NCBI GenBank assembly: GCA_963706595.1
Contig: OY970166.1
Location: 1,056,001 to 1,120,000 of the forward strand
Source: an uncultured cyanobacterium
GTDB taxonomy: Bacteria > Cyanobacteriota > Cyanobacteriia > Cyanobacteriales > Nostocaceae
Length of the DNA stretch: 64,000 nt
Reading direction: 5' to 3'
Both the position numbers and the translations under genes were made by a program. Each line of letters starts with the position of its first letter. The stretch's first letter is position 1. Below, in pieces: positions 19,809 through 28,750 of this stretch. The notes beneath the pieces were generated by a model. The model had not been told where the DNA came from. It was given only the letters and a program-made list of their open reading frames with translations, and ran no database searches.

Positions 19809-21041
19809 ATGCGGCAACCAGTTCACGGCGGAAATTTAGTTTGGGCAGCAGCACTAGCTGGTTGTCCACCTGAAGCTATTGTGGATTTTTCTGCCAGCAT
19901 CAGTCCCTTGGGTCCACCTAATAGTGCGATCGCAGCTATTTATTCTCAAGTTGGTAATCTTAAACACTATCCTGACCCAGCTTACAGTGACCTAAGACTA
20001 GCTCTGGGTCGCTTTCATCAACTACCTCCTGAGTGGATTCTGCCGGGGAATGGTTCAGCAGAATTACTGACTTTAGCAGGTAGAGAATTAGCAAATTTAA
20101 CCGCAACAACCTTAATTACTCCAGCCTTTAGCGATTATTACCGCACCCTCACGGCATATAACGCTAAAATTCTGGAGTTTCCCCTTTCTTTGGAATGGGG
20201 AGTGGGGAGTGGGGAGTGGGGAGAAGAGGAACGGGTGCAGGGGGCAGGGGGCAGGGGAGAAGAAGAATGGTTGTTAAGTAACCAGAACTTTAAAATAATT
20301 TCTAACTCCCCCTTACTCCCTGCTCCCTGCTCCCCTGCTTCTTCTGGGGTGGGGAGAAATTCTTCTTCTTCTTCCTCATCTGCGTTATCTGCATTTGCCA
20401 GTTCGGGATTATTGCTGAATAATCCCCACAACCCCACGGGGAAGTTATTCTCACGAGAGGCAATTTTGCCTTATTTGGAGCAGTACGCCTTGGTGGTGGT
20501 GGATGAGGCGTTTATGGATTTTGTGCCTCCTGATGCGGAACAAAGCCTGATAGGGGTGGTGCAGGAATATCCAAATTTAGTAGTATTGCGATCGCTCACC
20601 AAATTTTACAGTCTACCAGGACTGAGATTAGGATATGCGATCGCACACCCTGAGCGTCTTTCTCTATGGCAATCATGGCGTGACCCCTGGCCTGTCAACA
20701 CCCTGGCGGCGGCCGCAGCAGTTGCAGCCGTCCAAGACCAAGAGTTTCAAGAACTCACCTGGAAATGGCTCCCACTGGCAAGAAACCAACTTTTCCAAGG
20801 TTTAGCCTCAATTCCCGGTTTACAGCCTCTAGAAGGCGCTGCTAACTTCTTACTGGTGAAATCACAGCAATCGGTTTTGCAGTTACAAAAAAAATTACTC
20901 CAGCATCACCAAATTTTAATTCGTGATTGCCTGAGTTTTCAAGAATTAGGCGATCGCTTTTTCCGGGTTGCTGTCCGTTCCCAGTCAGATAATGAACGCT
21001 TATTAACAGCATTATCTTCAACCTTGATTGATGACGAGTAA
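19809..21041 (+). CDS. cobD: Threonine-phosphate decarboxylase (PLP-dependent) with an in-frame repeat insertion
   Basis: HGGN, DFSASISPLG, GNGSAELL, NNPHNPTG, VVDEAFMDF, LRSLTKFYSLPGLRLGY, IRDCLSF. Confidence 0.9.
   Translation: MRQPVHGGNLVWAAALAGCPPEAIVDFSASISPLGPPNSAIAAIYSQVGNLKHYPDPAYSDLRLALGRFHQLPPEWILPGNGSAELLTLAGRELANLTATTLITPAFSDYYRTLTAYNAKILEFPLSLEWGVGSGEWGEEERVQGAGGRGEEEWLLSNQNFKIISNSPLLPAPCSPASSGVGRNSSSSSSSALSAFASSGLLLNNPHNPTGKLFSREAILPYLEQYALVVVDEAFMDFVPPDAEQSLIGVVQEYPNLVVLRSLTKFYSLPGLRLGYAIAHPERLSLWQSWRDPWPVNTLAAAAAVAAVQDQEFQELTWKWLPLARNQLFQGLASIPGLQPLEGAANFLLVKSQQSVLQLQKKLLQHHQILIRDCLSFQELGDRFFRVAVRSQSDNERLLTALSSTLIDDE
20192..20345. repeat. GC-rich composite repeat (GGGGAGT/GCAGGGG arrays + GTTAAGTAACC core) inside cobD
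   Basis: Matches intergenic copies at 40562-40700 (direct) and 55973-56150, 36497-36968 (inverted). Confidence 0.9.
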
Positions 21042-21092
21042 AAACTTCAGCCCTTTCGAGAGGACTAAAGTCCTCACTACAAACTTGGACTA

Positions 21093-22547
21093 ATGACGAT
21101 TGATTACGACTTAGTAATTATTGGTGGTACTCTAGCCGGACGTTATGCAGCCCTAGTTGCAACCCAACTCAAAGCTACTGTGGCTTTAGTAGAGTCTCAA
21201 GTAAATTATGAATTTAGTCAACAGCAAGCATTGAGCGAAATCGCCAAAATCGTTCATAACATGAATGATGTCGCTGGTTTGGGAATTCACACCAGACAAG
21301 CTGATACTGCCGACAAATGTCAAGCATCCGTGACATGGACAGAAGCCAAGCGGTATACTCAAGGCGTTGTGTCCAATATCCAAGAACAGCACTCTCTCGC
21401 TAATTTAGCTGCCCTTGGTGTCGATGTGATTCTTGGCAGTGGTCAATTTCAATCTTTACCCCATTTAGTCTTTGCTGTCAATCAACGCCTGCTACGGGGG
21501 CGGACTTATTTATTAGCTAGTGGTTCTGTGCGAGGCGTTCCAGATATTGAAGGATTACAAACCACAGGCTACTTAACTTTATCTGATATTTGGCGATCGC
21601 TCAAGCAAGCAACTTTACCCCAAAATTGGGTAATTATTGGCGGTGTTCCCCAAAGTATTGAAGTAGCTCAAACCTTGGCGCGGTTGGGTTGTAATGTAAC
21701 TTTAGCAGTCAAATCTGCATCTATTCTGCCCTATGCTGACCCAGAAATCGCCCATTTGCTGCAAGCACAGTTAGAAGTGGATGGTGTGCGTGTTCTCACT
21801 CAGAAACCAGTAACTCAAGTAAAATTAATTGAGGGTAAAAAGTGGGTTCAAGCCGGAGATAAGGCCATTGAAACTGATGAGATTTTAGTAGCAACTGACC
21901 AACAACCAAACGTTGAGTTTCTCAATTTGGCGGCTGTGGGCGTAAAATGGCGGCAGCGTCGCTTACTTGTCAATGATAAATTACAAACCACAAACCACCG
22001 CATTTATGCCTGTGGTGATGTGATTGGTGGTTATGATTTTACCAATGTTGCTAATTATGAAGCTAGAATTGCTGTGAAAAATGCCCTGTTTTTTCCCAGA
22101 TTAAGGGTAAATTATCAATGTATACCTTGGGGGCTAAATTCTCATCCCAGGTTGGCGGAAGTGGGTTTGACTGAAGCGCAAGCAAAACGCCAATTTAAAC
22201 CAAATGAAGTTTTAGTTTTGCGACAATATTATAAATCAGTTACAGCCGCGCAATTGCGGGACGAAACGACAGGTATATGTAAGTTAATTGTACTCCGCAA
22301 TGGGGAAATTTTGGGTGCTTCTATATTGGGGGCAGAAGCCGGGGAATTAATTAATTTAATTGCTTTGGCGATGGCTGAAAAAATTTCGGTTAAACAGTTA
22401 GCAAATTTAGCTGCTGTCTATCCCAGTTTTTCAGAAATTATCGAAAATACAGCTAGAGAGTGGGGTCAGCAAAAGTTAAATAGCAATTCTGCTTTACAAG
22501 ATTTTCTGGAAGGATTTTTTCATTTTCGCCGTGACTGGAATTTGTAA
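21093..22547 (+). CDS. NAD(P)/FAD-dependent oxidoreductase, dihydrolipoamide dehydrogenase-like
   Basis: YDLVIIGG, LLASGS, TTNHRIYACGDV and dimerisation domain; the redox-active CxxxxC is absent. Confidence 0.85.
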   Translation: MTIDYDLVIIGGTLAGRYAALVATQLKATVALVESQVNYEFSQQQALSEIAKIVHNMNDVAGLGIHTRQADTADKCQASVTWTEAKRYTQGVVSNIQEQHSLANLAALGVDVILGSGQFQSLPHLVFAVNQRLLRGRTYLLASGSVRGVPDIEGLQTTGYLTLSDIWRSLKQATLPQNWVIIGGVPQSIEVAQTLARLGCNVTLAVKSASILPYADPEIAHLLQAQLEVDGVRVLTQKPVTQVKLIEGKKWVQAGDKAIETDEILVATDQQPNVEFLNLAAVGVKWRQRRLLVNDKLQTTNHRIYACGDVIGGYDFTNVANYEARIAVKNALFFPRLRVNYQCIPWGLNSHPRLAEVGLTEAQAKRQFKPNEVLVLRQYYKSVTAAQLRDETTGICKLIVLRNGEILGASILGAEAGELINLIALAMAEKISVKQLANLAAVYPSFSEIIENTAREWGQQKLNSNSALQDFLEGFFHFRRDWNL

Positions 22548-22577
22548 TAAAAGAACGCTAGAACTGTTTACTAAATG

Positions 22578-23603
22578 CTAACGCATATTTTTTACAAGTA
22601 ATAATTTTCTAGCTTTGTACATCCAAAAAAACATCGACAAAAATAGAATCAATGCAAATATAGCCGTATAAATTACAGGCAATGTGAGAGGAACCAGTAA
22701 AAGTGAACTCACCAACTCTACAAAGATTAAACTGACGAGTACCAAAATAACTGTTGTGCGATTTAATAAAGTGCATAAAATTGCACCCAATGGCGCACCA
22801 ACCACAACTACTGGGACTGCTGCCAACCAATAATTACTAACAGGTTCGACAAAATTTCCTAAAATAAATTTGTGCAGGAAAAAACCTACAGCAGTGTTGA
22901 TTGCCATTAAAATTACTGAGTTGGGAGTACTCACTTTTTCACAAACCCCAAACAATAATACCATTACAGAAAAAGCAAAAATATCCATTCCACTCCCTAC
23001 TAAACCGCTAATCATTCCCCCGATTATTCCCACACAAAAAGAAACATTTCGTTCCCATTTTCCCCATGATTTTATAACTAAGTTGGGCTGACTTATACTA
23101 CGATTTAAAAGTAATAAAATTATCGCAAAACTGCTAATCATAATTGTAAAACAAATCTTGATTACATTCGAGGGGATCATGGGAGCTAAAAAAACTGAGC
23201 TAATAATAATTCCTGGAACACCTCCCAGACTTACCCAACGAATAAATTTCCATTCTAAGGGAGTACCCATTGCCACAATAGTTAAGGATGCAGACCCCAT
23301 ACCAATAGTTTGAATAGCAAGGGAAAAAACTCTAGCTTCATGTGCAGGAACTTGCAACACTTTAGTCAGAACTGGAAAGGCTACTGCCCCCCCACCCATA
23401 CTTGTACCACCAGCAATCATTGAACCAAAGACCATAGTTACAGCGATTTTCCAGTGTTCAATCATATTAGATATTGCTGAACTAGGACCAACACCGATTA
23501 ACCAGACTGTCCATACAGTGAAAGCGACTAGAGTACTCACACGAATCAAAGGACGAGAACACCAAATCTTAGTAACTAAAGAAAAAAAGTTGTGGCTCTT
23601 CAT
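22578..23603 (-). CDS. TSUP (TauE/SafE) family sulfite exporter
   Basis: Many TM helices; GGTSMGGGAVAFP and GLVGSGMD repeat-half motifs. Confidence 0.85.
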   Translation of the reverse strand: MKSHNFFSLVTKIWCSRPLIRVSTLVAFTVWTVWLIGVGPSSAISNMIEHWKIAVTMVFGSMIAGGTSMGGGAVAFPVLTKVLQVPAHEARVFSLAIQTIGMGSASLTIVAMGTPLEWKFIRWVSLGGVPGIIISSVFLAPMIPSNVIKICFTIMISSFAIILLLLNRSISQPNLVIKSWGKWERNVSFCVGIIGGMISGLVGSGMDIFAFSVMVLLFGVCEKVSTPNSVILMAINTAVGFFLHKFILGNFVEPVSNYWLAAVPVVVVGAPLGAILCTLLNRTTVILVLVSLIFVELVSSLLLVPLTLPVIYTAIFALILFLSMFFWMYKARKLLLVKNMR

Positions 23604-23656
23604 ACAGTTGTAAATTTGTACTTATATGAATTTACTCGTTTTTTCTATAAATTCAA

Positions 23657-23761
23657 TACAGCAATTTCCAATTATATAAGGTACTCTTAGCCCCCTCATC
23701 GCTTGCGGGGAGGGGGTTGGGGGTGGGGTTCTTGTACCTCATAACACCGGGAAGTGCTATA
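23657..23761. mobile_element. MITE with TACAGCA...TGCT(A/G)TA ends carrying the REP-like hairpin
   Basis: tacagcaatttcc ... gggaagtgctata; about 85 bp essentially identical to 46533-46623. Confidence 0.75.
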
Positions 23762-23802
23762 AAATAACCCTCTTTTATAACTCTGAAAAAATAAAATATT
23801 CG

Positions 23803-23910
23803 TAGGTTGGGTTGACGTAAGGAAACCCAACATCATTGGTCGCGTTGGGTTGCGCTGCGCTTAACCCAACCTACGTCTAATACACTACTTTAAGTTTGCC
23901 ACGCCAGTAG
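23803..23910. repeat. GTAG-type REP double hairpin plus one IS630-MITE end
   Basis: gtaggttgggttg...cccaacctac then tacactactttaagtttgccacgccagta; inverted counterpart at 25911-26166. Confidence 0.8.
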
Positions 23911-23995
23911 AGTAACGCCACAATCCCTGGTTGTGTTGCAATACTACTTCGGTTAAGGGACTTCCAAGAAATAAGATACCCAAGTTTAATGCCTT

Positions 23996-25765
23996 TTATT
24001 TAGGTCGCTCACCATTGCGTTTAAAATTCTTTTCTGTTAGGGATACACTGCCAATTCCTTGCAGGATACCACGACCGATTAAACCTAAACCTCGACCAAC
24101 TATTTTTGTGAGTAGGAAAACAATACCGCTACCGACAATAGCTAATAAAGATTTTAACCGGGGTGCGATCGCATCACGAAATTCTAGTGTTAATGTGACT
24201 AATAGGGGAATACCAGAAAGTTTTGCTAATTCCTGACCACGGGGAGCATAAAGTGAAGTTTTGGCAATACCGCGCGGTGCTAATACAAATAGCTCATAGC
24301 TACTTTCAAACATAGCTTTCGGCTCATTAATATACTTGTTTAAACGATATTTCCATGACAACTCATTACGAAAGCGTTCTATTTCTCTTGTGGAAATTAA
24401 TCTGCGGTCATAATAATTTTGTTTGATTTCTTCCACATCTGCTAAAGAGTTGAGTAATGGTTGCACTACACCATTGGCTACTTGAATTAATAGATTTTCT
24501 AAAATTATTAATGCTTGAGATTTAGCCTCAGAACTCCCGGCTGAGTAGCAAGTATTATCAATGTGTAAATCTGTCTGAAATACCAAATAAGCAAATAATT
24601 CTACAACTAAGGGAATTTTATTAAAAATCTCTGTTTGGATAACTCGATAATTTTGCAGCAGTAAATTAACGACTTCTATATTCTGGTTAGCTATTTGTAC
24701 TCGATAAAATTTACCGAAGAAATCTGTAATTACTGCTTGCCATATATCATATAATATGCTGTCTTTAATGTCTTGCAGTTGAGCAATTGTCACTTGAGGA
24801 ACAGGCAATTCATCAAGTTTTTGAGCCAGTTTTTGCAGCGTTAAATACAGTAATTCCCGTTTTTTATCTTCACGAAAAATGTCAATTTCTAAAGCTACAT
24901 CTGTGACATTTTGTAAAGATAATTGCAATTTGGTAACACATAAAGAGAATAATTCAGATTGAAGCGATCGCGGGCTAAGTAGAGGCGGCGAAGTTGGTTG
25001 TTGTTCTAACTCGAATGGCACAATAGCACTACTTAAAGACGGCTTTACAGAGAGTTGCTGAGGCGCAGAAATTGTCTGTTCCTGTTGTCTTTCCTGTGGT
25101 GAAACTAACAACCGAGTCAATAACGAACGAGCTGCTAACAGTTCCCGTCGTTGTCCAGCGAAAACGGCTCGATCTATTAATGGTAATCCAGGGATTTGTA
25201 ATTGTGTCGTAACTTCGGCTAAACTCGCTTCAATGTAACCAATTCCTGACAAATACCAATTTTTCCGCAGCCTAGCTAAGGGTAGACTAGGTAATGGGGT
25301 GATGGGCTGATGAGTAGTTGCTTCTACACTTCGCTGTTCAGGAAACCAATAAAAACCACCATCTGCGACTGCTTCCATAGCAGCAACTAATTGGGAAATC
25401 GGAGTACCCTTAGCACAGTAGCCATTCACACCAGCCGCCTGAACTGCTAACAGTAATCCTGGTTCTTGCACAGAACTAAGTAGCAACACTGGTAATTGCG
25501 GGTATTGGATTTTTAGTTGTTGACAGAGTTGTAAACCTTGCTGCTGGCTGGAAATTGAGCGACCATTGCCTAATTCTAAAACTACCAAATTTACTTGGTT
25601 CGGGTCTTGTTGAGCCAATTCTGCTAATATCTGCAAAGCCGTTGTCTCTGTTTCAGCTTCCGATACCACCTCAATGTCAGGTAATGCTGACAATGCTACC
25701 CTTAGTCCTAACCGAAATATGGGATCTTGGTCAATTAACAATAATTTTAGGGGTCTATTGCTCAT
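23996..25765 (-). CDS. DUF3685 (Ycf55-like) protein with atypical receiver domain
   Basis: LLLIDQDPIFRLGL receiver-like N-terminus; STREIERFRNELSW and GRGLGLIGRGILQG C-terminal motifs. Confidence 0.88.
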   Translation of the reverse strand: MSNRPLKLLLIDQDPIFRLGLRVALSALPDIEVVSEAETETTALQILAELAQQDPNQVNLVVLELGNGRSISSQQQGLQLCQQLKIQYPQLPVLLLSSVQEPGLLLAVQAAGVNGYCAKGTPISQLVAAMEAVADGGFYWFPEQRSVEATTHQPITPLPSLPLARLRKNWYLSGIGYIEASLAEVTTQLQIPGLPLIDRAVFAGQRRELLAARSLLTRLLVSPQERQQEQTISAPQQLSVKPSLSSAIVPFELEQQPTSPPLLSPRSLQSELFSLCVTKLQLSLQNVTDVALEIDIFREDKKRELLYLTLQKLAQKLDELPVPQVTIAQLQDIKDSILYDIWQAVITDFFGKFYRVQIANQNIEVVNLLLQNYRVIQTEIFNKIPLVVELFAYLVFQTDLHIDNTCYSAGSSEAKSQALIILENLLIQVANGVVQPLLNSLADVEEIKQNYYDRRLISTREIERFRNELSWKYRLNKYINEPKAMFESSYELFVLAPRGIAKTSLYAPRGQELAKLSGIPLLVTLTLEFRDAIAPRLKSLLAIVGSGIVFLLTKIVGRGLGLIGRGILQGIGSVSLTEKNFKRNGERPK

Positions 25766-25910
25766 AGTATTAAGAAATACATAAGGTCTGTTTTTTTACA
25801 GTCACAAAGACTTTTGATGCTAAACTTAGTCCCCCTCATTGTCACTTGTTTTCGCCAATTGCAAAACTTCTGTATTCAGCATTTATTTATGTTTATGTAC
25901 CAAATTAGTT

Positions 25911-26166
25911 AGTAGTGCATTAGACGTAGTGGCGTGGCAAGCTTAAAATGATGCATTATATTTCTCTTGTGGAACAGGCATCTTGCCTGTTCTGGGCGGG
26001 CTAGAAGCCCACCCCACAATATTTATGCTTATGCACTATTTTAGGCTTGTCAGTCCAGTAGGTTGGGTTAAGCGCAACACAACCCAACGCGACCAATGAT
26101 GTTGGGTTTCCTAACGTCAACCCAACCTACAATTTTTCGCCTCATTTTAAGCTTGTCACGTCAGTA
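25911..26166. mobile_element. Nested IS630-type MITEs (inner copy 25929-26058 inserted at the TA of a GTAG REP)
   Basis: TA-gtggcgtggcaagcttaaaatgatgca...tgcactattttaggcttgtcagtccag-TA, then the REP, then a further TIR cattttaagcttgtcacgtcag-TA. Confidence 0.8.
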
Positions 26167-26224
26167 GAATATTAATATTGATATGGATGATGAGGACTAA
26201 AGTCCTCACTACAAACTTTTAAAC

Positions 26225-26674
26225 TTATGGTTTTTCTGGGGAATTGCGATAACCATAAAAGTTAATACTGTATTCTGTAATCCGTACTCCTGTTTTTTGT
26301 TCCACTTCACGGAGTAATTCTTCTGGCAGTTCTATGTGAATATCCATAAGTTGATTAGTATCAATACAGTTGACGTGACTATGGGAATCACTGATGTTGC
26401 CGTATAAACGCCCGTCACAGCGTTCGATACACTCAATGATGCCTTGAGTTGATAAGGCTTCTAAATTTTGATAGACAGAAGTGTGTCCAATATCTTTACC
26501 TTGCTGGCTAAGGCGGTCATAAATTTCTCTAGCAGAAAGATGTTCATTGGCTGACCACAGCAATTCTAAAATAAAGCGACGCTGGCGGCTGACGCGCATA
26601 CCTAGCTGTTGACACCGTTCTAAGGCATCTTCTAGGGAACGAATGGATTTTGTCGATAGCGATTGATTTTGCAT
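26225..26674 (-). CDS. furC: Fur-family regulator, FurC/PerR type
   Basis: IRSLEDALERCQ.LGMRVSRQRRFILELLW.ANEHLSAREIYDRL...SHSHVNC, as in Nostocales FurC. Confidence 0.88.
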   Translation of the reverse strand: MQNQSLSTKSIRSLEDALERCQQLGMRVSRQRRFILELLWSANEHLSAREIYDRLSQQGKDIGHTSVYQNLEALSTQGIIECIERCDGRLYGNISDSHSHVNCIDTNQLMDIHIELPEELLREVEQKTGVRITEYSINFYGYRNSPEKP

Positions 26675-27030
26675 AGTTAAATTTGTTAACTATTAAGGGG
26701 TTTTTCCCGTTTCAATGTTGATTAATTGTTCTGATATGCAAGGATATTACATGAGTGATTTTGCCTCTACCTGTGCGGCTGTGTAATTTACAGTTTTAGG
26801 TGATTGTTAGCGTTTGCTTGATTCTACTTTCACCTTAAACAAACTCATTACAACTTTAACTTAAAATTGTGGCCAATGTCCATCTTTAGGCAGGTGTTAT
26901 GTCTGCACAATTAGGCGGATACAGATATATTAGGGAGTTATATGGGGTAAATGTCGCATCAAACCCAGAAAGCTGGTAGTCTGTATTCTCGATCCTACTG
27001 TTAAGCATAAAGAAAGTACCTGCCGAATCA

Positions 27031-27510
27031 ATGACTATCACGATTACACTCGATACTGACTGCGTTAACAATCTAGATATTTCACCTGCCTTAAAGGTGA
27101 TTTCGCCACTGCTGGATGAGAACGCGACCATTGCATCTCACGAACAGCAACTAAGTTTTGATATAAAATATACCTTAGAACCTGGAGACCCCCGCGAACT
27201 TTCCGAAATTCCAGAGTTAAGGCTGTGGTTTGTGCGTTTGGATGCCAAATATCCCTGGTTGCCATTTTTACTGGATTGGAAATCTGGCGAATTTGCTCGT
27301 TATACGGCTATGCTTGTACCACACCAATTTAGTGCTAAAGAAGGTATTCAATATAACCCGGAAGCTTTAGAAATATTTCTGATGCACAAAATCTTTATTT
27401 TAGGTGATTGGTTCAAGGAACAAGGTATCCCCAGTCAGTCGCGCTTAAAGTCTATGGCGCAAATGCTCGGCTATGACTTAGATGATACCTTCTTTGAGAT
27501 TTTTTCTTAA
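27031..27510 (+). CDS. CRR6 family NDH-1 (NdhI) maturation factor (DUF1817)
   Basis: DPRELSEIPELRLWFVRLDAKYPW, RYTAMLVPHQF, NPEALEIFLMHK. Confidence 0.9.
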   Translation: MTITITLDTDCVNNLDISPALKVISPLLDENATIASHEQQLSFDIKYTLEPGDPRELSEIPELRLWFVRLDAKYPWLPFLLDWKSGEFARYTAMLVPHQFSAKEGIQYNPEALEIFLMHKIFILGDWFKEQGIPSQSRLKSMAQMLGYDLDDTFFEIFS

Positions 27511-27518
27511 GAACCTCA

Positions 27519-27735
27519 GCCTTAAGAACCTCACCCCCAGCCCCTCTCCTTAGTAAGGAGAGGGGAGATTTTGATGCAAGTTATACCAATTCCGGTTGAA
27601 TACTTACGAAACGCGAAAACCTGCCAAATCTTTGCTTTATCTCCCCTCCTCGCTTGCGGGGAGGGGTTGGGGGTGGGGTAATTCGATAACTTGTGTATAC
27701 ACGGTGTTTCCTGAGCAAGGAGAGGGGAGAGTTTG
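27519..27735. repeat. Cluster of hairpin repeats between convergent genes
   Basis: cccctctccttagtaaggagagggg hairpin (same family as the ispD flanks) and a REP-like copy at 27643-27678. Confidence 0.75.
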
Positions 27736-27770
27736 ATAGAAGTTAAAAATCCTGCCATGTATATACATAA

Positions 27771-28649
27771 TTATTTTTCTGAGTTTTGATCATCTAAAGT
27801 ACCTTTACGGGCAAAAATTTCGATAGCCTCACTTCTAGTTAAATTATTTTCAGATGCTAATTCTGCCAGTTTTTCCCAAGCTGTATCTGTGAGTCGCATT
27901 GACCTGAGATGTTTGGGTTCACGACCATAATCCATTTTAAATTTACCCGACGCAGTACGCTTGCGCCTGGGCGATTTCTGAAGAGTACCGGAATACTGAT
28001 TGACGGTTGGCGGGTGGGGTGTTTGATTACTGGTGAGTAAGTTAATTAGATGATCAATCAGGCGATCGCGCTCCATTGGTAACAACTGGTGACTATGTAG
28101 CATATTCTGAATAATGGTGAAATGTACTAATGTCCCCATAAAAATCCGCGCCGCTACTGCTGCGTCAGTTAGTTGCAGTTCTGGATGCTCTGTAAAATAT
28201 TGCGTTAGCATTTCCAAAGCAGGTTTGTGTATATTACGGACAAACTCTTGCGCCAGCAACGGGAAACGTCCAGACTCACCGATAATCACTCTGACTAAAT
28301 TCAATACTTCCTGTTGTTCGGTCATCCGCACCAAAATGTTGGTTGCTAAACGGCGCAACACAGTTTGAGGTTCTCCTTCCAGGAAATGCGGGTCTTGGGG
28401 ATTAAATACAGCCCGAAAATTTTCCTGGGCTAGTCGCTCAATCAGTGCAATAAATAATCTCTCTTTGTCTTGAAAGTAGCTGTAGACGGTTGTTTTGGAT
28501 ACTCCGGCTGCTGCTGTCACTTTATCCATTGTGGTGGCTGCATAGCCATTTGCTAAAAATTCTTGCATAGCACCAGCGAGAATCGCTTCAACTTTTTCTG
28601 GTGACAGCAAACGCTCTACCTGATTACTTTCTGTCTGTTTCTTTTTCAT
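27771..28649 (-). CDS. TetR/AcrR family regulator with an extra C-terminal domain
   Basis: ILAGAMQEFLANGYAATTMDKVTAAAGVSKTTVYSYFQDKERLF HTH; divergent from devBCA-like genes. Confidence 0.92.
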   Translation of the reverse strand: MKKKQTESNQVERLLSPEKVEAILAGAMQEFLANGYAATTMDKVTAAAGVSKTTVYSYFQDKERLFIALIERLAQENFRAVFNPQDPHFLEGEPQTVLRRLATNILVRMTEQQEVLNLVRVIIGESGRFPLLAQEFVRNIHKPALEMLTQYFTEHPELQLTDAAVAARIFMGTLVHFTIIQNMLHSHQLLPMERDRLIDHLINLLTSNQTPHPPTVNQYSGTLQKSPRRKRTASGKFKMDYGREPKHLRSMRLTDTAWEKLAELASENNLTRSEAIEIFARKGTLDDQNSEK

Positions 28650-28667
28650 ATTCAGATTTCTGGACTC

Positions 28668-28723
28668 TTGACATTATTAGAATGTACAGTTTAGTTTAGT
28701 GAGATAACAACTGAACTAAATAG
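28668..28723. promoter_or_regulatory. Putative devB promoter and TetR operator (inverted pair)
   Basis: TTGACA at 28668; imperfect inverted repeat cagtttagtttagt (28687-28700) / actgaactaaatag (28710-28723). Confidence 0.5.
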
Positions 28724-28750
28724 TTTACTTATACGTAAAAGAGGGGGCTT

